DNA of 64,000 nt from a virus. Taxonomy: Duplodnaviria > Caudoviricetes. A program made the translations under genes and the position numbers. Every line of letters begins with the position of its first letter. Position 1 is the stretch's first letter. The notes under the pieces are model-generated. The model was not told the origin of the DNA. It made no database searches and saw only the letters and a list, made by a program, of their open reading frames with translations. Below are positions 10,814 to 21,600 of this stretch, one piece after another. The stretch covers positions 32,001-96,000 of IMG/VR virus record IMGVR_UViG_3300045771_000049. One strand, written 5' to 3'.

Positions 10814-10855
10814 TCTTATTTACACCAGATTGCCATGTGTTGTATAAATAGAAAT

Positions 10856-12106
10856 ATGAAAGCGTTCAAGTATAGACTGAAGCCGACTAGCGAGCAAGAG
10901 GGCGCATTGCGTCAAACTGGCGGTGCTTGTCGTTGGCTTTGGAATAAGATGCTCGAACAGAACAAAGCCAAATACGAACAAGAAAAGAAATTTGTCTTCA
11001 AGTATGATTTGGTCGGGTCTCTACCAAAACTGAAAGAGCTACATCCGTGGCTGAAGGAAATGCCTAGTCAATCGTTGCAGCAGAGATGTTGGGATTTGGA
11101 TACCGCTATGAAGCGGTGCTTCAAGTCGGGATTTGGATTCCCGAAGTTCAAATCGAAAGATGATGAAAACGACACGTTCCGTATCTCCCAGACCAATGGG
11201 CATATTAAAGTCACACGGCAGGCGATCAAGCTACCAAAATTAGGATGGATCAACTGGCGGCGTCATCGACCCATCGATGGCAGATTGATGTCTGTCACCA
11301 TCAAGCAGGAGGGCATTCGCTGGTATGCTATTTGTTTGTGCGATACAGGCGAGGTGCTGAACCAGATCAGCGTTTGTGAAGATGACATCGTTGGTATTGA
11401 TCTTGGATTATCCTGCTTTGCCATGACCAGCGATGGCGAACTATTTGAGAAGCCAGCCCAATGCTACCAACGACTCAAACATGAGCAACGGAAGTTGAGT
11501 CGGATTGACGAGTCGAACAAGAAACAAGGCATTACCAAGTCCAACAGAAGGCTCAAACAGAAACAAATATTAGCCAAAACGCATCGTATTATTAGCGATC
11601 AGCGATATGATTTTCATCACAAGACGAGTAGAGAGATAGCCAATTTCTATAAGTTTGCTGGCATGGAAGACCTACATATCAAAGGAATGATGAAGAACCA
11701 CTGCTTAGCAGGTTCAATAGCTAAGGCAGGCTGGCACTCATTCCGAATGATGATACGATACAAACTCAAAGACCAAGGCGGCGATCTGTTACTGGCGGAT
11801 CGGTTCTATCCAAGTACCAAGCTGTGTTCGAGTTGCGGTCATAAGCAGGCGATGACGCTTGCCGATCGCACGTTCACATGCGAATCCTGTGGGATGGAGA
11901 TGAACCGAGATGCCAATGCGGCGATCAATTTGAAGCTGTGGGCGATGAGAGAGATGAATAGGGCTGGGACAGTCCGAATCTACGCACGGGGAGATACCGC
12001 CATCGGGGACGAAATACGTAAGTCGTCTAGATGTGTATCATTGAAGCGTGAAAAGTTCCGAGACAATCAGGTCTTGGAAGCCGCGACCTCTTTAGGGTCG
12101 CGGTAG
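10856..12106 (+). CDS. tnpB: RNA-guided nuclease TnpB
   Basis: N-terminal KAFKYRL HTH; RuvC motifs GIDLG, EDL, RDANAA all intact; CxxC...CxxC zinc finger; TATAAATA at 10843-10850. Confidence 0.95.
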   Translation: MKAFKYRLKPTSEQEGALRQTGGACRWLWNKMLEQNKAKYEQEKKFVFKYDLVGSLPKLKELHPWLKEMPSQSLQQRCWDLDTAMKRCFKSGFGFPKFKSKDDENDTFRISQTNGHIKVTRQAIKLPKLGWINWRRHRPIDGRLMSVTIKQEGIRWYAICLCDTGEVLNQISVCEDDIVGIDLGLSCFAMTSDGELFEKPAQCYQRLKHEQRKLSRIDESNKKQGITKSNRRLKQKQILAKTHRIISDQRYDFHHKTSREIANFYKFAGMEDLHIKGMMKNHCLAGSIAKAGWHSFRMMIRYKLKDQGGDLLLADRFYPSTKLCSSCGHKQAMTLADRTFTCESCGMEMNRDANAAINLKLWAMREMNRAGTVRIYARGDTAIGDEIRKSSRCVSLKREKFRDNQVLEAATSLGSR

Positions 12107-12667
12107 TTCACATGAATATCGTTCCGATATGTTTCCGCTATCCAGTTTATCCTGGTCATAGTTCGCGAATTCAGATCGAATTTGACTTGGATTGAATACT
12201 ACGTATTGCGTAATGGGCGTTTTTCCATCCGGACTATCGGTTAACGTGTCCGGCAGGACGATCCCATCATAGCCATTGGCTTGGAGAAATTGACGGGCAG
12301 CAGGGTAATCGGTCGTGTCACCATTCATCCGGATTTGCCGTCCGCCGACCACGTAGTCGGGTTTTCTGAATGTGGTGAAACGATCGACCAGATCACGGAT
12401 TTCATTGTAGCTCTTGATCACCCAGGGATGCTTCAAGCGCAACCGCACCGGCATGACCGACGCGCCCTGTCCCCGTGCGGCAAAATCGGCAAACCCTGAA
12501 GCCGCCTCGGGATTATCCGTAAACCAGATGCCCAATGGACCTTCGCGCGATCCACTGCCCAGCTTACTGCCCATTTCAAAGGTGTGAAAATCTTTGTTAG
12601 TGCCGTGAAATGCTTTGATATTGAACCCAAGCTGTTCGGGACGGCCGATTAATTCCATGAGCCGCAT
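12092..12667 (-). CDS. ART-PolyVal-like ADP-ribosyltransferase domain protein
   Basis: FHGT, GIWFT, VMPVRL, GYDG, VVFNPSQIRS; last codons now supplied by the IS end. Confidence 0.8.
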   Translation of the reverse strand: MRLMELIGRPEQLGFNIKAFHGTNKDFHTFEMGSKLGSGSREGPLGIWFTDNPEAASGFADFAARGQGASVMPVRLRLKHPWVIKSYNEIRDLVDRFTTFRKPDYVVGGRQIRMNGDTTDYPAARQFLQANGYDGIVLPDTLTDSPDGKTPITQYVVFNPSQIRSEFANYDQDKLDSGNISERYSCELPRP

Positions 12668-15600
12668 CAGTATTTGCCTGTGCGCGTGGGAGTCGTGGCC
12701 GCCACTCTTGGCTGGTCTTGTGCCGCGCTCATATCCACAGAAACGTTTGGCGTGGTTTCGTCGGTCGCCTGCTTCACATCATTGACCTTAACGTTGATAT
12801 CGCGCTTCGGCACATCGTGCTGGGTTTGTGTCCCGGTCCCGTTTTTCCATTTGACCGCGAACCGGTAGAACGCGCTGGTCGGATGAGGCCGGTGCGGTCG
12901 GCGGGCCGGAGCCGAGGTGCCGCCACCAAACCCATCGGTCCGCAGATTGAGACCGGGTACGCCTGTGCCGATCTGCACGATCCCAGGCGGATGAACCACC
13001 GCGCCCCCAGTGGCAATCGGATCGCCAGAGACATCCTGGATCGTGCCGCCATTCAGATTAAGCGCAATGATCCGCAGATCGTCCGTGTTCTGATTATCGC
13101 CGATAGTATAGGAAAATACTATCGCATTGCCCGGTGCCGGATCGCCCATGTAGGTTGCGATGCCGCCATCATTCAGGCTCAAGGTTGGCGAACCCGTTAC
13201 CGTTACCTGTTCGCTCAGGTAAAGGGTCATCAAGGCAGTCGAACCCAGCGTCAGCGAACCCGAGCCATTGGTCACATCAGCGCCGGTAATCGCCACCGAG
13301 ATGATGATCGCTTGGTTGCAGCCGACGGTATCCTGTGCATTGCCGGTTTCCGACGTGTTGCTGGAGTCAATCCCCATGATAACGGCCATATCAACGGCCG
13401 AACAGGTTTCCGCAACGCCAGCGATATAAATCGCTGTTGCATTGGTCTGATCAAGCGCGAGACCGGTGTCTGTGCTATTCGCCACCGCCCATTCGGCGAT
13501 CTCACAGGCATCGGCAAGCTCGCAAAGCTCGGTCACATCATCAATCGAGGTGTCAAGCGCACTGGTGGCATCGGCAGACAGTCCGCCTTCGATAATAGCC
13601 GCAAGAGTGATCAGAGTGGCATCCGTGCGGTCCGCCATGCCCCCCGTTTCGACCACCGCCTGCGTGCTGATCAGAACACTATCGGTCAGGTCCGCCGCAA
13701 CCCCGAACTCGATGATCGACGCCAAAGTCATGTAAGTGGCATCAACCACTTCGATCGTCAAATTGGATTCCATCACCGGCACGAGTGTCACGATGGCATC
13801 GATACACATTTCGCGCGCGACCGCATTGACCTCTTCAATATCCGCATAGGTGTTCCAGATGCAATCGACTTGGTCGGTCGCACCCCCCAGTTCAGCAATG
13901 GTCGCCGCGAACCACACAAACACGGCGATCTGATCCGTTATCGTTTCGGCTTCATCCACCCCAATCCCGGAGAAGTTGCCGCCATTGCCACTATCACTGG
14001 CGCCTTCGAGTTCATCGACCTCGCCGACGAAAACATCATCCCTCGTATCCATCGAGTCTACACAGTTGCCAAACTCTGCGATCGTTGTAATGAAGGTCGC
14101 CGTGCTGTCGGCGATATCGCTGCATGAGCCGAGATCACCAGCGCTGCCGCCAAACTGACTGAAGGCGGTGTCAGGCAGGTCGGCACAGGACAAGAAGTCT
14201 CTGGTATCGCCATTGAAATTGCTGCTCAGCGTATCGAAACTGTCGAGCGCTGCGCATAGTTCTGCCACCGTACTGGCGAAGATCGCGACGACGCTGGCCT
14301 GATCGAGGGTCGCTTCGGTTTCCTCTGTATCTCCATCGAACAGGCTGGCAAACGTATTGACACTATCTTCTGGCCCGCAATTTTCAGGCGTCTCACCAAC
14401 GAACAGATTGGCCCGATTGTCGGTCAGATCGAGCGCGATCGGTATCTCGTCGATTTGGGCGACGAAGATCGCGGTTATGCCGCTCGTATCCCCAATGATG
14501 CCGATCTCGTCGGTTTCCCCGCTATAGGTGCTGGCGATGATAGCCGACAGGTCAACCAGAGCGCCGGTTTCATCGGTCTCGCCGCCCAGCAGGTTCGCGT
14601 AGGTATCGGTCAGATCAGACGCCGCGCCAATTTCAGCGATCACGGTAGCAAACACGGCCACCACGTTCGTCAGATCGGTGCTAGCGCCGGTTTCATCGGT
14701 CTCGCCGACCCATATACTATCGGCGGTGTCTACGGTCTCAGTGAGGCCCAGCGGCTCGCTTACGTCACCTGGGGCGATGTTCGCGGCGAACGGAGCATCA
14801 AGCAGGTTACAAAGCTCCACAACCGCACCCCAGTAGGCGCTTGGCCCGACATCAACGAGGTCCTCGGCGTCAGGAAATTCGGCGATGATCCCCTCGGTGA
14901 TGTCTACGTCTACCGGCTGGTCAAGTAGATCAGCGCTCTCATCGACCTCACCGACGAACACGCTGAGGGCTTCGTTCGTGAGGTCCAGCGCCGTTCCGGT
15001 GTCCGTCGTGTTGCCTAGGTAGACACTTTCGTAAGTGTCGAGGTGATCCCTGGCGAAACAGAAATTGAACGCGCTGGCGACAAAATCGGCCTGCGTGTAG
15101 CAGGTCTCATCCGCTTGGCCGGTTTCGTCGGTTTCACCCACGTAAACACTGGCGATGACATCAGCCCAATCACTCGCACCAGCGGTCTCGGATGCATCAC
15201 CGCCATATTGCGCCTCGAAGGTATCGAAACTATCGATCGCAGTTCCGGTTTCGAGGCAGTCAACAATATAATCAACGGTGGTATCACACTCATCGGCTGA
15301 AGACGCAGTTCCTTCGTTAATATTCGCGTTGCCAATATGACCCGCGTTAACGATTTCGGCCGCGTGCAGGGTGTCGCTGGTCGCTCCGACGAACAGATTG
15401 TCGGCGGTATCGGCCAGATCGAGCGGGGAGGCGAATTCCGCATTGGACCCGATGAACACGGCAGTGGCGCTGAGAGCATCCGTGCAGCCCTCGGCTTCGC
15501 TAATTGCCCCGCCAAACATGCTGTCATATTCTTCGGCATCATCCAGCAAGCCGTAGATTTCGCTGGCGTTACCGTTGAACAGATTGAACCCGTTATCGGA

Positions 15601-18600
15601 GGCATCCGTCAGGCCGCCATATTGGTCAAGCTCATCGATCTCGGCGGCAAATACCGCACTGACATTGGTCGCGTCTTGCAGCGTCGTGAGCAGATCATCC
15701 GTATCACCACCCAGCAGACAGCCATAGAGATCGGCGGCCTCGGCGAGACTGCCCGTTTCGCTCGTGTCGCCGCCAAAAATGCTATCGCTGGTGTCTACAA
15801 GCTCACTGAGCGCACCGGTTTCCTCGGTTGTGCAGGCGAACCATGCAGTGGCATCCACAATTTCTGCGGCCCAGCCGGTTTCGTCATAGGTCCCCACGAA
15901 GCTGCTTGGACCAGGGGCGCATGCATCACCCAACCCGTCCGCATCGGCGATATCACCGCCAAAGATGTTGGCGAAATTATCAGCATCGTCCTGACAGTTT
16001 CCAGCATCCTCGATATCACTGATGAAGATTGCCGTCGCGTCTGTGACGTCATTGGCGGCCAATGTTTCGGCCATATCGCCTACGTAGTCACTGTCCGCAA
16101 CATCACTGCTATCGCTGATAGCAAGGCTTAAATCGATCGCGCTATTGGCGATGTTCTCGCCCGCGCAGCCATCAATGCCAATACCGAATTCTGCAACAGC
16201 ACCGACGAATATACTGTCCAGCGTGTCGGTCAAATCGGCGCCATCCAGGAATTCAAACTCCAGGCCATACGTGCTATTGACATCGACTACAAAATCATCA
16301 ATGAACTGCGCATCTTCTTCGATATCACCGACGAAAATGTTATCAGAGACGTCAACCACATCTGCCAGATCGCTGAATTCACTCGTGTGACCGGTATAGA
16401 TACTGCCGAAATCATCTACGCTGTCGGTGAGTACGCCATCATCTTCGATATCCGTAACGAAAATTGCGGTCGCGTCGGCCGGATCATCAGCAAAGCCAAA
16501 TTCATCCACTTCACTGACAAAATCAGCATTGGCGCCGCTCTCATCCGAAATCGTATCAGCATCCGTCGAATCGCCGACGAACACGTTGGCATAAACATCC
16601 ACCCAATCTTCGCCAGCCAGGGTCTCCTCAGTCTGGGCAACGAAGATGGTAGTGCAGGTGATAACATCACTGGCCGTCAGTTGCTCTTGAACCGCGCCGA
16701 TGAAAATGCTTGCAAACGTATCAGTGAGTTCATCCAGTTCGCCCAGTTCACTGGCATCCCCATCGAACGTATCATCGATCGTGTCCATGGCGTCGCGACC
16801 ATCACCCGCCTCATCCACTTCGGCCGCGAAGATTGCCGAGCAAGCGGACTGGTCACCTGCATCCAGCGTTTCGTCGGTCTCGCCCACGAAAATGCTGCCG
16901 AAAGTATCGGCCGCATCGAGCGACGCACAGCTATCGAGAGTTGCGCCATTGTAAAGGCAGAACTGGGTATTAGTCTGATCAGCGGCGGCGCTTGTCTCAT
17001 CACAGAACGAAACAAAATCAGTGGTCTCGGTCAGACCATCACTGGGTGTCAGTCTCTCATCGGTTTCGCCGACGAAAATGCTGGCAGTGAGATCGGCATA
17101 GTCGGCCGCATCCAGCCCATCGCTATTATCGCCTCCAAAGACGTTAGTGGTATTGTCGGTAAGATCGGCACCGAAAGCGTCCTCCACCGCGTCTACGACG
17201 AAAATCGCAGTGCTGCTCGGGACATCCAGCACGGCGAGTGCATCGCTGGTGGCCCCATTGAGGATGCTGCCGAGACAATCCGGCAGATCGATAAGTTGGC
17301 CATCCTCCTGCACATCACCCAGGAACACACTGGCATAGGTGTCGGTGAAGTCATGAACATGGGCGAAATTGACCCCTGTCGCGACAAACAGCGCGGAGCA
17401 ATTGGCCTGTTCTGCCGCATCCAGGGTTTCATCGGTCTCACCGTCAAACACGCTGGGGCCGGTGTCAACACTGTCTGCGAGATCGGCGGCTTCATCGCAC
17501 TCGGCCACGCCGATGATATTGGCCGCAAGCGCATCGATCGCGGCACCAAGCTCATCGGTTTCGCCGACGAAGAGACTGGGCGCGGTGGCGACCGGCTGGT
17601 CATTGGCGCCCAAGGCTTCGTTGATGTTGACTAGGGTCTGGTCGGTTTCCGAGGCGAAGTCACCAATGCTGCCAGTTTCGGTGTATTGGCCAACCAGGGT
17701 GCTAGGCCCGAGGTCCGAAGCGTCGCCCGTCGATCCAGTTTCAGTGACAGCACCGTCGAAGCTATTTGAGTCATTATCGGTTTGATCGGCGGCATTCGCT
17801 GTCTCGACGCTGAGACTGACGAAGACCGCAGTGCTATCACAAACGTCGAGCAAGGCGCCGGGTTCGATGCAATCACCACCAAATGCGCCACCGAAGATAT
17901 CCGGCTGGTCTGCGACCCAACCCGCTTCATCGGTGTTGCCACCATAGATATCCATGTGACTATCAGCAATATCGGTGGCGAAACGCACGTTATGGATGGT
18001 GGTGTTGAAGATCGCGGTGCGATCAAGCGCATCCGTGATATGGGTTTTTTCGGTGTAATCGCCCAGGAAAATACTGCCCGAGCCATCAGTTGTATCGGTC
18101 GCGTTTGCCAGTTCATCGGCCTCGCCAATGTAGATGCTGGCAAAGTTATCGGCGTAATCGGCGAGAGTGCCGAGTTCGTTAACCGAGGCAATGAAGATGG
18201 CGGTTGCATCGCAGGCGTCCAGAACCAGAAGGTCATCGGCCAGCGCACCGACAAACAGGCTGTTCAGATCGTTTGGTGAATCAGCGGCATTGGCGATTTC
18301 GCTGCCATCGCCGACCCATTGACTGATTGTCGTGTCAGACGCGTCTGTGATCGAAACGATCTCGGCGATCAGCGCCGCGAACACGGCTGTGGTGTCTGTG
18401 CGATCGGTCGTTGTGGCAAGCACTTCGCCTTCGATGCCGGTGAGGATATCGTAAAGGGAATCGCTTTGGTCACCGGTCGCGCCCGCCTCAACCGTGGCCC
18501 CGCCAAAGACGTTGCCCTCGGTATCACTCAGGTCATCGAGTGCTCCGTTTTCGAGGCAGGTGCTGAGGAAACTGGCCGTAATCGTTTCAGCATCAGAGGC

Positions 18601-21600
18601 CGATCCCGTTTCGGTTTCCGCCCCCACGAGCGTATCGTCCAGTGAGGTGACGAAATCGACCGGGACACCTGTGTCTGTGGTGGCGCCGCCGAAGAGGTTC
18701 CCTGAATTATCGCAGGTATCACCGGACGCTCCGAAGTCACTGATGGAAACACTGAAGTCTGCATGATTCGCGACTGTGTCGAGAGCCGCCGCAGAGGCGT
18801 CATCAATGGCGCCATTAAACAGGTTGTTGGCGGTGTTGCTGGCATCCTGGGTCTGGCCTTGCTCATCGGTTTCGCCGACGAACACACTGAGATTGGTGGC
18901 TGTGATCTCGACGACCGCCCCAGTCTCATCGGTTTCACCAACAAAGCTATTGGCGTTTGTATACACAACTTCGGCGATTGCGCCGGTCTCATCGGTTTCA
19001 CCAACAAAGCTATTGGCGTTTGTATACACAACTTCGCCGATCGCGCCGGTCTCAGCGATAGCGCCGACGAATATGCTGGCATGGGTGTCTGTGGTATCGG
19101 CAAGGTCGTTCAGATCATTAATGAAATTTTCATTTTGATCGCCTGCTTCGATCCCTAGATCGGTTAATGCGCCGCTTTCCGCAACTGTGCCAACGAAACC
19201 ACTCTGTGCGGTAGTTGTCGCCTCGGTTGCGTTGCCAAACTCAAGACTTGTAACGACGAAACTGGCCACCGAGGTGGCGAGATCACTGGCTGCGCCATTC
19301 TCAGCAACAGCGGACCCGGTGATCGTGTTGCCGAGTGTGGTGTCAGCCGCAGCCAATAGCTCATTGGCGCTGCCACCAAACAGACTGGAGGCGGTGCCCG
19401 AGGTATCAGTCGCGAGGCCAGAATCGGCAATTGTAGCTACCGCAACGATCGTCGTGGAAATATATTCGAGGGCCGCACCAATTTCGTCAGTTTCTCCGAC
19501 AAAGAGGTTCAGATTCGTGTTCGAATAGTCACTCGCCGCGCCGGTCTCGCTTGCGGCACCGCCAAAGAGGCTGGGGGCGACAGTCGAGCCATCGTCCGCA
19601 GTGCCAGAATCGGCAATCGCGCCCCCATAGCTGCTCGGTGCCTCATTCGTCGCATCATTCGCCCCGCCCGCTTCGTTGACCAGGACCAAGGTGATATCGG
19701 TTTCGGCTTCGCTATCGGCGAGGGCCAAGGGTTCCCATACGGCGCCGACGAACAGATTGCCTGCTGTGGCCATTGTGTCGGTCGCTGAGAGGCTTTCCGG
19801 GGTTTGGCCGACGTAGAGGCTGGCTGCCACGTCCATGGCGTCAGTGGCCGTCCCAGCCTCGGCATAAGCACCGACGAAGATGCTGGCGAACAGACTGGGA
19901 CTATCAGCCGCATTCAGCGGCTCGGCGTCGCTCCCGACAAAGCTGCTAATCGTGGTAGCCAGCAATTCGGCCGCCGCGCCCGATTCGATTGTAGTCCCAA
20001 CATAGACACTGGGCGCTTCATTGACTGAATCGCTGACCAGATCGATCTCGTTGACCGTGGTATTGGCAATGAAGATAGCGATTTCGCTATCAGCCACATT
20101 GCCGGTTTCGGCCAGGGCGCCGCCAAAGGAACTATTGGTCGTGGCCGGGCTATCGAGAGCGGTGCCCGATTCGGCAACAGTGGTCGCGAAAATCGCCTGG
20201 ACTGCGGTGGCATCCGTGCCAAGCAGAGTTTCACCGTCCACAACTGTGGTAATGACATAGCCAGATTCCAGATCGCTTGCGGCCCCGGTTTCGGCATTGG
20301 CGCCCCCGAAACTGCTCGGCCCGGCATTGCTCAGATCGACGGCATTGGGGGTCTCTGCGATATTGGCAAAGGTCTGATAAGTCGCTGAGGGGACATCAAG
20401 TGCTGCGCCAATTTCGTTCGTCGCACCCACGAATACGTTTTGATTCAGGCTGACGCTTTCGACGAGATTACCAGTCTCGACTACTGCTCCCACAAATACA
20501 CTGGCAAACGTACTGGCTGCGTCATTTGCCGTCCCAGTATCGGCAATTGCCCCGTTGAAAAGACTTGGTGCTGTGGTCGCGGAGTCGGTCGCTGAACCGG
20601 TTTCGTTGGTGCTGCCGATCGCGGTATTCAGGGCACTCGGGTTATCGCTCGTCGCCCCGGATTCGGCGATCGCGCCAATGAAGACATTCTGATTGGTGGA
20701 AGGGATATCAGAGGCGCCGCCCATTTCGATGACTGTGGCAACCGCCAGTTCGGTTTCGGTCACGAGGTCCGATGCTAAGCCGGTCTCGCCGACGCTTACA
20801 TTCGTAATATAAACCGAGCTAGTAAGATCAGCCAGTGCGCCGGTTTCAGTCAAAGCTCCGACGAACGTATTGGCACTTGTGTTTACAGTATCGCTGGCCG
20901 ATCCGGTTTCCGGTGTGCTACGGTTCGCCGTGGTGAAGGCGATCAGACTATCGACCGCGTTGCCGTTTTCGGCGATCGCGCCTAGGAATATACTGGCATT
21001 TGTGGCTGGGATGTCGGTTGCCGAACCAGTCTCGCTGATTGCGCTGAGGGTAATATAGGTGGCAGAAGATTGATCAAATGCATTGCCGTTTTCGGGCGTA
21101 TTGCCGACCCATATATCTTGGGTGACACTGACCGTATCAGAGGCGATGCCTGTTTCGGCGACATTCCCTGAGTACAGACTGGCAAAGGCATTGGTCGCAT
21201 CATTGCTTGAGCCGGTTTCGGTGATGGCGCCAACGAAAATACTGCCGAGTGTGTCAGGATTGTCAAGCGCCGCGCCCAGTTCATCGGTTTCGCCCACAAA
21301 CGTGCTGATCGTCGTGGCCGGACTATCGCTCGCGTTGCCTGCTTCATTGATGATCGCGGCTGCGAGATAGATCGATCCCACGGCGTCAGAAGCGGCCCCG
21401 ATCTCGCTGTCGTCGCCACCATAGCTGCTGCCAAACGGAACCGTAGTATCAGCCGCATTGCCAAATTCAGTGATAAGCCCAAAGGTAATATCGGTCTCAT
21501 CGGTTGCATCAGTTAGCGCGCCAGTTTCGCCCGTGTTGCCCACATAGGTGCTGGCGATGATGGCTGTCGCCTCCGCAAGCGTGCCGGTTTCGGCCACCGC

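Larger units (their letters stand above)
10358..12111 (+). mobile_element. IS200/IS605-family (IS605 group) element, tnpA + tnpB
   Basis: identical subterminal hairpins CCGCGACCTCTTTAGGGTCGCGG at both ends; TTAG target immediately left of 10358; right end GTAGTTCAC; removing the element restores a stop codon for the flanking gene. Confidence 0.92.
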
